64,000 nt of DNA from Botryllus schlosseri (Eukaryota): contig CM119378.1 in assembly GCA_051294905.1 (NCBI GenBank), positions 1,552,001 through 1,616,000 on the forward strand. The letters are read 5' to 3'. How positions within the stretch are numbered: the stretch's first letter is position 1; each line of letters opens with the position of its first letter. Positions 25,984-38,835 of the stretch are shown here, one piece after another. The position numbers were made by a program, and so were the translations under genes. Below the pieces are notes generated by a model. That model saw nothing but the letters and a program-made list of their open reading frames with translations. It was not told where the DNA came from and searched no databases.

Positions 25984-27347
25984 CTGAAATAACATCACAA
26001 TGAATGGACTCGGACTCGACAGTCTGCTCACTGACTTGGACTCGGACTTGACTCGGTGGTAAATTAAAAATGACTCGATTCAAAACTATGAAAAAGAGAG
26101 TGACTTGTGGCTTGGAGCCTTGTGACTAGGTTGCAACCCTGAAGTAAGCTGACTCTTGATCTGTTCAGATGCATGGGTCACGGCTAAGCTCTGGTACATG
26201 CTAGGGAAACGTAGAAAATTGTAAAGAGCTTTAAATATGAGAGTCAAATCATCAATTCTACCAATACCAATTTTGTTACTGCCAGAGGACGTTTGACTAT
26301 CGAAAGTACAGTACAGTAGCTTACAGTAAAGCACAGTATTTGTATCACTTAGGCAAGAGTGAATTTGAGTCTAAGCCCTTTCATAAGACCATTTGGTCAG
26401 CTTCGAAGCTAGCTAGTCAATCCTGCTCTCTCGTTTTCGAATAGGAATAGGCAAACTTCTTCGTGCCGTATTGAGCTAAATCCGTTTCGCAATGTCTCTT
26501 GAAAATGCGTCCCGAGTCTACCACTTCCACCTACATTTATAAAAATAATTCACGAAGTCGGCACGTATCATAACTTGGTGAAAAGGAGAGGCCTATCATG
26601 AAGTGATACTGCTTTTCCAACAATATGCGCGTCGTGTTATCTGTTCTGCGTCACGAATTATGAAGCGAGCATTGCCAACGATATAACTTGCACAACTCAG
26701 CATCAGGAAAATACGGAAGGTGCGCTTGGCCATTCTGGAATGGCGTAAAAGTATTTCTGATTATTGCAACTGGCGTGGCATAATTCCCGAGCTCAATTCC
26801 AGATCGCTGTATCACTTGAGCTATGTCAAACATATGCCACGCGTATAAACTCAATCGAATTTTCAACACTTCGGTAAGTCGTCTTATGACGTCACTATAA
26901 AACGACATATCTCCTAAATGAATTCACCATGTAAATGGGCTAAAAGGAAATAAGTGAAAGCTTGTGACTTATTTTTGGATTTGATTTTTGATGAGTTCTT
27001 ACCTCCTATACCCAGAATTGGACAACGAGATAATTCTAGTTGTCTAATTTCACTAAATTAGAGGGAAATCTCAGTAATCTAATTTTAATATAATTTGTGA
27101 CATGTTTCCATGCTCTAATTCTAATTCTAATCTAATTTCTGAAATGTTCCTAATATGCTCTAATTTTAATTAGAATGTTGTTGTGTTTATTTCCCATTCA
27201 CAATTTTATTCAATTTCCAAGTTTTTGCGAATTCAGTAATTCTAATTCTAATCTACTTTGAAAAAAAAAAACTATATAGCTCTAATTACAATTCGAATCT
27301 AATTTGGAAAAAGCTGAAAATTTTCTAGTTCTCCATGTCTGCCTATC

Positions 27348-28280
27348 TAGGGTTGCCATACGTCCGGAATTTCCCGGACATGTCCGGAATTTCACTGAAA
27401 AATCTGCGTCCGGGAGGAACTTCTAAAATATTCCTAAAATGTCCGGGATTTTGAAGGCTTGAAGCAGGCTCAAAAGTTTTTCCTAAATGAACATAAACAA
27501 TATTATTTTCAAAATGGGAGGACGCATCGGCTTAGATCGATACCACTACCTTTATTCTTAATAATTCAATTGAACCCTTGACTAGATAACTTATTATATG
27601 GTAATAGTGTGGATTTTTATATGGTATGTAAAAGTGATATGGCTAAATTCGTTAAAATTTGCATATTTTGGGCATATGTCATAGAGAAAAAACTTGAGGT
27701 GATAGAAGAAAACCAGTGGCATTTCTGGAATCAGCACGCCAAAGTTAGCCTAAATCAAGTGCAAAATCGAAATCAATAATTTTTTTGTTCAAAATTGTTG
27801 CTCAGTGTAATTCTCGTTGATAAAATAACTTTCAGTAGCAAGGAGAGTATTATTTCAGTACTTGAAAAATCGTCTTTTGCTACTCGACACGAATTATCAA
27901 AATAATTACTCGATTCAGATTCGAGTACTTGGATCATTGTGCCCATCCCTACTGGCGAGCAATGGGGATAGTTGGAATTTTCGTTTAGCTGCAGTTCCTT
28001 TACGGTGGATCTCTGATGAAAAAGATTGCGGCCAAAATAGTTTCCCAATTTGATCTTTCATATAAGACCGCATCAAATTTATACCGGCAGCAAGAATAAG
28101 ATTTTTTTTTAATGTCATTTTAATAGCTTAAAAACAGGTTTCCAATTCTAACAGTTTCACTTCTACATGTTAGAACTGAGTGAAATGTGATGGGCAGCGT
28201 TTTCTAGACAAACTAACGATTTCATGGGGAAGCCAGTAGAATTTAAAGAGAAAAAAGTTATTAATAAATGCAAAAGTTTC
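27348..28280 (+). mobile_element. Left end and degraded transposase remnant of a hAT (Blackjack-like) element
   Basis: Terminus tagggttgccatacgtccgga with gtccgg subterminal repeats, related to the end at 57046. Downstream sequence is decayed and only weakly transposase-like. Right end not found. Confidence 0.45.
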
Positions 28281-28878
28281 TACCTAAATAACTTTGCTTC
28301 TACAGGCTAGAATTGGGCCAAATAAGATGTAGGCCTAAAGCATATTCTTTAGCCAACCCAACAATTTCAATAATATTTGATAACAACAAAATGAACAAAT
28401 ATATATCTTTGCCACAAGCAATGCAATGAGATTTCAGAATTCTGTGATTCGACACGGACGGTTGCCGTATCTGTAAAAAAAGGAAAATCGGTTTATTACC
28501 ATTTTTTATTAGTTCAATACACCACAACAATTGCGATACAATGAAAAGATTTGCAGTAGTCTTTGGAATCAGACACCCACCTTGGCCTAGGCTGGGTATC
28601 AGCATTTTTAGGATTCCGCGAAACCTCTAAATTTGAAAAAAAAATTGTATTATTTTAAATTAGGGAAAGCATGAGACAGTTTCGCTTCATAATTTCTAAA
28701 ACTTCAGGACTCACATCATTAAAATAGTCGTCTGATATAAAATATCCTAATGTGCAAACTCATTTTAATAATTGCCAATAACCTACTGAAATTCCGGAGT
28801 TCGTTTCCTAATCTCTCGATATGTACGTACAAATGCCAGTTCATGTTGACTTCTCTACACGTATAAACAAATGCCAGT

Positions 28879-31399
28879 GATACCAGTGCCAGTGCCAGGG
28901 TGGTGATACCTTGTGTTATGCTATGTTTAAGCATCTGCCGGACGAAGGTCAGTCAAAAATGTTGGAAATCATAAATCTGTCATGGGCCACAGGTGCGATG
29001 CCAAGCTCATGGAACTATTCAATTATCGTTCCCATTTTGAAAGCTGGTAAAGACCCTACTTCTCCTTATTCGTATCGACCAATATCACTGACTAGTCATT
29101 TCTGCAAGATAGTAGAAACGATGATCGCAAACAGATTGACATGGTACCTAGAAAAATATAAATTAATCCACTCTTCACAGTGCGGTTTCAGGAGAGGGCG
29201 ACGTGCTCTTGATCATGTAATCAGTCTCCATGACTCAGCTTATAAAGCGGTGAATAATGGGCGATCGATTCTGGCGGTTTTTCTAGATATAAGACGGGCA
29301 TATGATATGGTGTGGCGGGATGGACTGATTGTAAAACTCCAAAGTATGGGAATATCCGGGAAAATGTTGAGGTGGATCAAGAATTTTTTGCGTATTCGGA
29401 CATTTCAAGTGCGTATTGGTTGTGCCTTATCAGATTTGTGCTATCTGGAAAACGGCATTCCTCAAGGGAGCGTATTATCACCTATACTGTTTACAATCAT
29501 GATCAATGACCTTCCATCAAACATAGGATCAAAAGTGGGTCTTTATGCTGACGATTGTGCAATTTGGGAATCTGGTTTAGATATTAATGAACTCGCTGCT
29601 GATATCCAGTCTAGCTTGGATGCATTCGTCCGATGGTGTTCGAAATGGGGATTTGTGGCTTCGAGAGAAAAGAGTGTCGCCATGTTAATCACAAGAAAGC
29701 GCAATTTGGATGCACCAATACTTCGGTTGGGTGAAGATGATCTAACATATGTAGACAATTTTAAATATCTTGGAGTATACTTTGATAAGAGGTTGAACTA
29801 CAAAATTCATATTGATTACGTTATAAAGAAGTGTGCCAAACGCATAAACTTGCTAAAAATGCTTTCGGGCACCACCTGGGGCGGGTCTAAAGATGTATTG
29901 TTGATGTTGTATAAATCATTAATTCGCTCGGTGATCGATTATGGAATGGAGGCCTACTTTTTTGCCCCTAAAACACACCTTAAGAAAATTGAAGTGATTA
30001 GGAACCAAGCCCTGAGAATATGCTGTGGCGCCATGTGTAGTACGCCGATCTGTGTACTTGAAGTTGAAAGCAATGAAATGCCTCTTCACATGAGGCACTG
30101 GTACGCATGTTCCAAATATCGATATCAATTGACCACCCAGACGGACAACCCTACTTATTCGGTGTTGCAAGAGTCGTGGGAGGATATGTATGCTCTTATT
30201 AATGAGCGATTCTCAACTTTTCGTACCTTTACTCATGTCAATGCCTTGTCTTGTGAGAATATTGCAGGAAACGTGATACTATCGACACCACCATGGGCAA
30301 CGTCACTTCCCGATGTAGATTCCTCACTATCACCCTTAATTAGTAAAGAAACATCTACAGAAACTGTCATAGTACTCTTCAAGGATCACATATCTGCCAA
30401 CTATGAAGAACGCACTGAGATCTATACAGACGGGTCTAAAACAGAAACGGGATGCGGATATTCGGTTTACGTTCCTGCACAAAATATAAGTATTGCGTGC
30501 CCGCTTCCAAGAATTCTCTCGATCTTTTCAGTGGAACTCATTGCGATCAAACATGCCTTACTATGGGTACGGCAAAGTCAAGTTACTACGAAAGTTGCAA
30601 TATTCAGCGATTCCTTGAGTGCATTGGACGCGATCAAACATTCGGGACTATATCACACGGCACTGGTGAATGAAATTATTGAGCTGAACCATCAGTTGCG
30701 AACAGCAGAAATCACCATTTCGTTTGTATGGGTGCCTGGACACTCCGGAATACGCGGTAATGAATCTGCAGATCAATTAGCTAGGACGGGAGCTGCTAAT
30801 ACACACATACGTCGGAATCATGCTATCCCACTCGCCGACGTACGGTCGTACTTGCTAAAGAGCTGCAAAGATGAGTGGGACCGCATTTATCAATCCACAG
30901 ATACTGGGAGAGCGTACAAAGATCTGCGACCCTCGGTACATGACAGACTATCGGAAGTGGATACAAGGTTGGGAAATTCGATTTTGCTGCGGTTAAGAAC
31001 GACGCATTGCAGACTAAACCACCATCTCAACAAGATTGGATGCATCGACTCGCAACTGTGCGAAGCATGTGGTATTGAGGAAACCGTAGAGCATTATCTC
31101 ATGAATTGTAGAAAATACCGCTATCAAAGAGAACGCTTACGACGTCATGCAGAGTCGAAGAATGTAAATTTCGACATGCGAACCCTACTGACTGATCCAC
31201 AAGTACTGCGATATGTTGTTGAATATGTTAGATCGACTCGAGGAATATTGTAAAACCTTTTTATGTGCATATGTGTAGGCCTAACTATCTCAGTTATATA
31301 TTATGAACTTTCTGTTTAACTTGTTTCTGTCCGTGGCGCAAAAAGCCTTCAGTTGTGATAAGCGCCACTCATGCCAATGTTTTTACCTATAATAATAAT
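28879..31399 (+). mobile_element. 5'-truncated non-LTR retrotransposon (I-group-like LINE with RNase H)
   Basis: TSD atgccagt (28871-28878, 31400-31407), (TAA)n 3' tail, intact RT-RNase H reading frame, no endonuclease or ORF1. Confidence 0.9.
28911..31253 (+). CDS. LINE ORF2 fragment: reverse transcriptase + RNase H + C-terminal CCHC zinc knuckle
   Basis: YRPISL, QCGFR, FLDIRRAYD, GIPQGSVLSP, YADD and KYLGV RT motifs; YTDGSK, ELIAI, SDSLS, WVPGHSGIRGNESAD RNase H motifs; CEACGIEETVEHYLMNC. No stops over 780 codons. Confidence 0.95.
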   Translation: MCYAMFKHLPDEGQSKMLEIINLSWATGAMPSSWNYSIIVPILKAGKDPTSPYSYRPISLTSHFCKIVETMIANRLTWYLEKYKLIHSSQCGFRRGRRALDHVISLHDSAYKAVNNGRSILAVFLDIRRAYDMVWRDGLIVKLQSMGISGKMLRWIKNFLRIRTFQVRIGCALSDLCYLENGIPQGSVLSPILFTIMINDLPSNIGSKVGLYADDCAIWESGLDINELAADIQSSLDAFVRWCSKWGFVASREKSVAMLITRKRNLDAPILRLGEDDLTYVDNFKYLGVYFDKRLNYKIHIDYVIKKCAKRINLLKMLSGTTWGGSKDVLLMLYKSLIRSVIDYGMEAYFFAPKTHLKKIEVIRNQALRICCGAMCSTPICVLEVESNEMPLHMRHWYACSKYRYQLTTQTDNPTYSVLQESWEDMYALINERFSTFRTFTHVNALSCENIAGNVILSTPPWATSLPDVDSSLSPLISKETSTETVIVLFKDHISANYEERTEIYTDGSKTETGCGYSVYVPAQNISIACPLPRILSIFSVELIAIKHALLWVRQSQVTTKVAIFSDSLSALDAIKHSGLYHTALVNEIIELNHQLRTAEITISFVWVPGHSGIRGNESADQLARTGAANTHIRRNHAIPLADVRSYLLKSCKDEWDRIYQSTDTGRAYKDLRPSVHDRLSEVDTRLGNSILLRLRTTHCRLNHHLNKIGCIDSQLCEACGIEETVEHYLMNCRKYRYQRERLRRHAESKNVNFDMRTLLTDPQVLRYVVEYVRSTRGIL

Positions 31400-31719
31400 A
31401 TGCCAGTTGAGTTATGTATTAAAATATAGATTTAGATGGATTATTTTATTCAATTCGATACTGATATGTGAATAATGACTTGCTCATAAAGCGGCCAAAA
31501 CGAATTGCAAACAAATTTCAGCGCAGCTATTGGGACTGGATATGCGAATAGATTCATGCTGATTTATAAATGCATTGCAGGCATAATCCGGTATGACGAA
31601 TGTTATTATAAAGATTTAGGTGGTTAAGATAGGTCAACATGGTTTGTTTGTTTTGAGGTATTCATGGTGTTTGTCGACTACAATGATAATTTACACCAGG
31701 CCAATATTCCTTACGTTTA

Positions 31720-31880
31720 TTCCGTAACTGCCGACTTATGGCACGGTCCGATTCTAGGCTTTTTGTAAGACACCGCTTACGCGGATGAGGTGTCGAGGTG
31801 GAGCCTAGATAAACCTCCATCACTTAGGTAGGAATTATGAAGTCGACCTCGGTTGGACTCGAACCCACAATCCATTGGAT
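31720..31880 (-). mobile_element. Probable tRNA-derived SINE fragment (related copy ~63187-63245)
   Basis: Minus-strand B-box ggttcgagtcc (~31854-31865). The ccgtaac..gacttatggcacgg..ttctaggctttt..taag.caccgctt block recurs at ~63190. Confidence 0.45.
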
Positions 31881-33046
31881 CCACGGATAGCATGGAGGAG
31901 AAAAAAGCGGAGGCGCAGACTAGATGACCTCAGGGCCGTATCGCAACTCCGTCGTCAAAGCATATCGATGCTGCAGGCGAAAATGAATATCATCTCTCTC
32001 AAATTATTTGACTTGAGTTGACTCGAGATTTCAGAAATGTGGATTGACTCGTGACCCTGAGTAAAATTTACGAGTCAATTTCGAATGGCTGATCTTGCAT
32101 ATATTCGGATTGTACGCGAAACGCTGGTATGACCTCTGAGAGTGTGCGTTTTACTTAGCCTCCATCGTTCAATCACAAATAAATTGACCGCAAACGAAGT
32201 GATATGAGCTTGCAGCTTACGTTGTCGTAAACTATAGTGGTAAAGTAATGTAATGGCAAAGTATCTATCTTTGTTCTATAGACTGTTCAATGCGGTTGAT
32301 ATTCACTTCAGCCAAACCGCTTGTATGATTTAAATCAAATTTTAATATAGTTTATAAGGTTATCTTACTCGCCAACCATCTTCGCATCTCGGGCATGTGA
32401 AGGTGGGCTCATATCAATTCGTTTTTTAGGTTTCATATTCTCTTCTCTATTTTGACTGATAACTATATAGACTGAGACTACACAGTAACTTATACATAGT
32501 TCAGCAGTTCTACGTATGCGTGAGCTATACGACGCCTTTTCGCATGTCTATTTAACTCTATATTCGCCCCTCGTTTCAAAATAAATGGCGACTTTCCAAC
32601 AGCTATCAAAATGCAATGACGTAATTATGCCTCGTACTTCTAGAATCAACTTGACTTGAATTTTGACTTGACTCGTGACTTGACTAGACTTGACTCGACT
32701 TGACTCGAGTCACCTACAAAAATCGAGTGACTTGACTTGACTCGAGTCAAAATGTGCAATGACTCGAGATGACTCGTGACTCGAAGGTAGTGACTTGATT
32801 CCAACACTGTGTCGTAGCTGTGGATTATACCACTACGCTATCTCGCCACAGCGTGGTCGTGAAGGCACAATATGAACAAATGCTAATTGCATTCCAAAAA
32901 GGATAACATTAAGGAGTCCTCGGAGGACATTTTCAAAAACCACAAAAATGAGGACGTATGGTAACAGTACCAATTACCATAATTTCCTATACGCACCCTG
33001 AAAATGGCATGTAGATTACGGTAAAAAGTCGGTATCCATCCATGTG

Positions 33047-33717
33047 TAGGGCTCTTCAAAAATGACCTTTTTTCTGAAATCGCACTGGCTACTTGATAAA
33101 ATTGTTAGGTTACCAAACTTAAGCATACACACCAAATTTGGTTCAATTCCAGCGAGTAGCCGCATTGCCACAGGATAAAAAAGTTTCTATTTATTATATA
33201 AAAATAAATTACAAAAAGTTTTTCTGTTCACCCCATGAAAGTGTTCTGTCATGAAAGTGTTCTGTGGTCTATAAAAACGATGTCCACCAAATTTGATTCA
33301 ATTCCAACCAGTGGAAGTGGAGTTATCGCCGTCGAAAAAATTGGAATATAAATAAAATAGTATTTACGGTGACCAATTCTTTAATCATTTATAGTGAATA
33401 CGATTCCGTAAATACTATTTTATTCAAATTCAAATTTTTCGACGGCTATAATTCCGCTTGTACTGGTTGGAATTCAACCAAATTTGGTGAGAATCGTTTC
33501 TATAGACCACCCAGTACTTTCATGAGGTGAACAGAAAATTTTCAAATTTTTTGTTATTTATTTTTATATAATAAATAGAAACTTTCTTCTTCTCTAGCAA
33601 TGCGGCTACTGGTTGGAATTGAACCAAATTTGGTGTGTAGGCTTAAATTAGGTAACTTAACAATTTTATCAAGTAGCCAGTGCGATTTGAGAAAAAAGTC
33701 ATTTTTGAAGAGCCCTA
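33047..33717. mobile_element. ~670-bp palindromic (foldback-like) non-autonomous DNA transposon
   Basis: tagggctcttcaaaaatgac...gtcatttttgaagagcccta. Inverted arms extend ~300 bp to a centre near 33385. Flanks atgtg/atgta. Confidence 0.8.
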
Positions 33718-34200
33718 ATGTATAGTACGCACCCTGCATTCGCAGTACATATGCGTAAATGCCGATTATACAGACTTCTCGTGTTGACAAATTTGCGCGC
33801 AGGATAAGTGACCAGCGATGGTTTATGTATTAGTATTCGTTGTCATTCTGTTTTACGACGTCACTAATGAACAATTATGATGTAACCATCGTTAATCATT
33901 AAACAAGTAAGGAAAACGATTGCGCGTAGGATAAGCTACCAGCGATTGTTATATTCGATGTCATTCTGTTTTACGACGCCGCTGATGAACAATTATGATA
34001 TAACTTAATCGTTAATCATTAAACACCTAACGGCACTCTCTAAACGATTGTAGATAGCAGTCAAAGCCTGTGAGGCGCGTGACGCGAAAGTTTAGGCCAG
34101 CGACGATGTCTTGCGCACGAGGCATATTATTACAGATGCAAATGCTCAGGACAATGATTACATCGCACGCACCAGGCCTGTTGGAGATACGACTGTTTAG

Positions 34201-34769
34201 TAGAGGTCGACCGATTATCGACATGGCCGATTATCGAGGCCGACATTTTGAGCTTTTCCAATTATCGATATCGGATATGAAGGCCGATATCGCGGCCGAT
34301 ATTTTATATTTGAGAAAAAATCAAAAATATTGGAAATTCAATGCTCCGTGTTCTCAATCTTAAGAAATCGACGACGCAAAGGGCGATATACGACAGATTT
34401 ACCCTTGCAGGACGAGTGTAACTGGGTGAACAATGAGCATGCAAAAAACTATGCTTCCTGCATTACAATCTACCTTTTCTGGACTGATTAGAAATTCTGT
34501 ATCATGTTTTGCTTTTTGGGTTATCCCAAATTTCAACGAATGCGCACAACTAAGCAATAATTATTTTCAATTTCGGTTTTTTCGTATGTTGTTCAGCTTT
34601 CTGTGACATGATCAAGTGCCTTCTTGCCTATTATATATTATTTTGGTGAATTTGTTCTCAGCGCCTTCCATATTAAAATCGGCCTATGATATCGGTTATC
34701 GGCCTTGTGAGTGTGTCGATATATCGGTATCGGCATCGGCCTGTACAAATCAATATCGGTCGACCTCTA
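34201..34769. mobile_element. hAT (Ac-type) MITE
   Basis: TIR tagaggtcgaccgat / atcggtcgacctcta; TSD ctgtttag/ttgtttag; ccgat/atcgg subterminal arrays. Confidence 0.8.
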
Positions 34770-37700
34770 TTGTTTAGGCCAGCTATTATATCTTGCGCAC
34801 ATGTCCTGTCGCGATAATTAGCGAGGATTGCCGCGCGAGCGTGCGTGAATTAATGACCTTTTTGCTGGAGTACAAATAGCAAATCAAGTCAGCAGAAGAT
34901 CGCGTGCTCTTGCAGGAACATTTAAAACTTTACATAAAATTTTAGATATCCCTGACTGTTGTGTAGCGCAGACGACTCTCGCTAATTGGCAGCGCGCAAT
35001 ATTGATAATACGAAATACTAGGTACGATGGCTGAATGTGATGCGCGATCGAAAACAAACATGAAGGTGTGATATCAAGGTTTATTTCGAGGGAGATTTTT
35101 TTCGAGACTTGTGCACAATGCGCACCTCCCCCCTGATTTTTGGACCAAGTATTCGGTAGAATTTTGCTCATTATACAAGGACAATTCCGGTAGTCTTACC
35201 ATGTATACTTTCCGTCTCAAAGTAAGACCCAAATTGATCGAAAATAGTAGCAGTGCTTCATGGGCCTACCTTTCAGAGTTAGGTTCTGAGTAAAGGGAAG
35301 CGTTAGAGAGACATGGATTTGCAGCGTTGGAATAATAGGCCTACTGTGCTAAGGAGCTCACAAGACATTCACTAGACTAGATAATGTTATCAAGGTACAT
35401 GCCACTTACTATACTTGATATCTAAAACTCAGAACAATATATAGGCTACTTTCCGGGCATCTTTTTAATACCAGGGACCGCGATATTTCTTGACTAGGAG
35501 ACTATAGCATAATTTGTCTTAAAAACAAGACCAAAGACTGAAGCATAAAAATTGTCTCCACAAGCTATTTGTGTATTCTGTGTTCTTATTTTAGACAACT
35601 TTTCGGTCAGGGATCACAATGTTTCTTAACTAGCAAAATTCGTCCTAAAACAAGAGCAAAAAACTGCAGCATCAAAAATTGTCGCAATAAGCTAGTTATG
35701 TGTTGTATTAAATTTTCTTAATAGACGTCTTATAAGACGCGTTAATTGGGCTCATTTTTGAGACCGAAGAATCGTGACAAGTCTATATGGTCCTAAAACG
35801 CTGAAACAGTCTCAGTTTTGAGACCTCATTTCATCATTAAGACTCAAATTGCTGAAAATCATACTGAATCATACTAATGTCTCAAATATGAGACTAACTT
35901 AGTCTAATTATTTTTGTAGTGTATTATCTATAGTTTGTTACGGTCTGTAAAATCATGAGATTAAAACTAACTTTATGCTCTGCGATCAACCGATTTCCGT
36001 TTTCCTGAAATGCTAAATCCTGATAATCGCGATAATCGACTTCAGTGATAATCCAACTTTATGAACTCTTCCCTGAATGTCGTGAAATACGTGGATAGGG
36101 GTTTAAGGAGAGTTTAAAATGTATCATATTTACCATTGTTTCGAATTATAACGACAAATTATCAGTATTATTTTTTATTAATTAACTGTCACTTTCTCAT
36201 TACCCAATATCAACATATCCACTGTGCAGCATTTATTAATAATGTAATTCCATGCTTTAAATTTAAAAATAAAATTATTGCAATGGAAAATACAGCTAAA
36301 ATATTTGACCCAGCCGGCCAACCTATTTTCTGATTCTCCCGCGGAAAAAGAAATGCCCGCCCCTGCCGAACAGTCATAGTAGTTATTGTGACTAATTATA
36401 GCCATGCTGGTATAGTAGCATGTAATCTGGCATAACATTCTAGTTTCGATCAGAAACAGAACAGCAACATACAAAAATAAATAGTTAACACAGCCACACA
36501 GGCTTGTTCACTTTCATGCCTTCTCGACTATACCAAGAAAAAAGAGGATCATTGCTTCAGATCTAACCTAGGAGAGACAGAGTTTATTGAGTAAAAATCA
36601 CACTCAACTAAAATACAGGCTGCATCATTACGAGCTTTAGGGATCATATGATATCCAGTCAGCTGCATCGATGGAGCACAAAATCGTCTAAGAAAATGTA
36701 TCAGAGCAGTGGTTCTCAAACTGTCTGGCCCGGCCCCCCTTGGAAGGGGTGGGTGGGTGGGGTGTGAAAACATGTGAAGAGGGGGGCGAAGCTGCGGTTA
36801 AATAAAATATTTCACGCCCTATGTGCTATTTACCTCCAATTCATGGTCATTGCTCTGTGTATAAGTCCTAATTTCATTTTTGAGAATTCTCTGATCAACA
36901 GTCATAACCATCCGTGTCATCAAACTATCCGTTGGGATTGCCTGCATTTCGATTGCATTTGTGATGTGACGGTAAGGTAGGTGCAAAATTTTTCACTATC
37001 AAAAAGGAGGGCGTATCTAAAAAAAATTGAGAACCGCTGTATTAGAGGATAAAGTGGGAGTCTATTATCCAGTAGAGTGTGAGAACACGGACTGTGATGT
37101 TTTGAGTTACTGGAATACAGAAAACCTTTTCCCTGATCTTAAGGTCGCTTCCTGAGAACACGTAGGCATGACTGTAACATTTTCTCCAATGGAAAGACTT
37201 CAGCCTTGCAGGAGATCTGTAAAGTGCAGGTGTCGTCAACTCAAAACGGGTCGCGGATCACTTTTAAATTTCGTGCAGGCAAGAATGCAATAAGGAGAAA
37301 AATAGGCCACACAGTTGAGTAACCAAGTTTTTAAAACTTTACGTCAGTACCAGGGCCGTGCAGTCGGAGTTTCGCTAATTTTTTCCTTAATGAAATCGGA
37401 GTCGTGGTCGGAGTTTGTGAAAATGTTCCTGCCTCCTATACTCAAACTTCTTTATATTAAAGCAAGTGCTTTCAAAGATATACTACAATTAGTCATATTA
37501 AGTTGAATAAAAATAATATGTACCAACCAGGGCTGTGGAGTCGGTATATTTCATTGTGGCACATCTCGAATTATTCACTATACAATTAACGTAAAAGAAT
37601 GCCTTTCTAAATATCCTTCATTTTTTCAGTTTTTATAACATTGACTCTCTAATATCCTAATATGCATGAATCATTCAAACATGACATAAATCCAATCCTG

Positions 37701-37844
37701 CACAATTAAAATGCAGATCAAACAATCGAAGTGTAGCTCTTGTGTGAGTCAGCAACTAATACAAAGATATAATTGAATGATTTTCTCATTACACACTATT
37801 AATAACATTGTTCAGAAACGAAATTTAAGAAGTAGTGAAATAAC

Positions 37845-38835
37845 CATAGGTGGTCAGTAACGAAGCAGCCTACTTATACTTTTTGTAAGTACTCAAGTAG
37901 TTTTCCTCTACTTATGGTACTTACTCAATTAGATCTGATTTTTTTCTACTTCGACTTCGTAATATTTTGTGGTCTGCTTATTTACTTTTCGCTATTTTCA
38001 GTTTGACAAGTAGAAGTAGTTTAGTCCCTCGATACGAAAAATATCCTGAGGAATTTCGCGGCTGTTTTCTCGGAGTACGAACATTTAATATTCATATTAG
38101 TCCAGTAAAGTCCAGCAATTTTGTTGCGCTTTCATCACAGTAGTTATGGAGTGACAAATATGTTTTCACGAAAGTATCATTGAATATAATTTAGGTACAG
38201 GATTGCTTGGTTTTTTAATGTTAAACCAGTTTTAGCAGATCACGTCTGAAGCTTTATGGACAAAAGACATTAAATATATTTTACGCTTTTTAGAAGTGGT
38301 ATTTGTATTTTACTTTCAATTCCGAGTATCATATTTTGAGTTCTAATTACTTTCAGTTCTTTTTTCTGCAGAACATACATTTTAAAGCATAAAAGAAAGT
38401 GTAGTAATGCCTCTATTTTCCGAAAATAAAGCTACATCAAATATATCTATATTACGATCCACATTGTTATTAACGTATACCAATCGCGCAATGTGTCGAA
38501 GTCACATACAGTACGACTTCTCCGAATTGCTCTCCGCCTAAACTTGGGCCTTATAATATGGGGTAGGGTGCCATGCCATCATATTCTCTAGAACGGGGTC
38601 TTCTAGTAAACACAGGATTAGTATCGCATTTTCATATCAATACTATATATATCAATTTGCAGCTTTTTACAGCCCATGCGAACGAATTGGGACTTTTCAA
38701 AACTACTTACTTACTTGAGTAGATTTAAAGTCAGTCAATTCTACTTATACTTCCAGTAGTTTCAGGTTGCATGTGGAAGAAGTACTTCTACTACTAGTAC
38801 TTGAGTAGATTTCCTGGCTACTTTGACCATCTCTG
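37845..38835. mobile_element. hAT-like MITE with gtact/agta subterminal arrays
   Basis: Ends cataggtggtcagta / tactttgaccatctctg; TSD gaaataac/gaaatagc. Related shorter copy at ~15268-15455. Confidence 0.6.

Noticed and set aside
26410..26913. Candidate ectodomain exons of gene C (including EEVCLFLFEN)
   Set aside because: In-frame stop in one, incompatible phase in the other, and only marginal similarity to the FWTFN exon.
32650..32810. Regular gactc/gacttg arrays resembling a CRISPR or satellite
   Set aside because: No constant repeat with unique spacers. These are subterminal motifs of hAT MITEs in a eukaryotic context.
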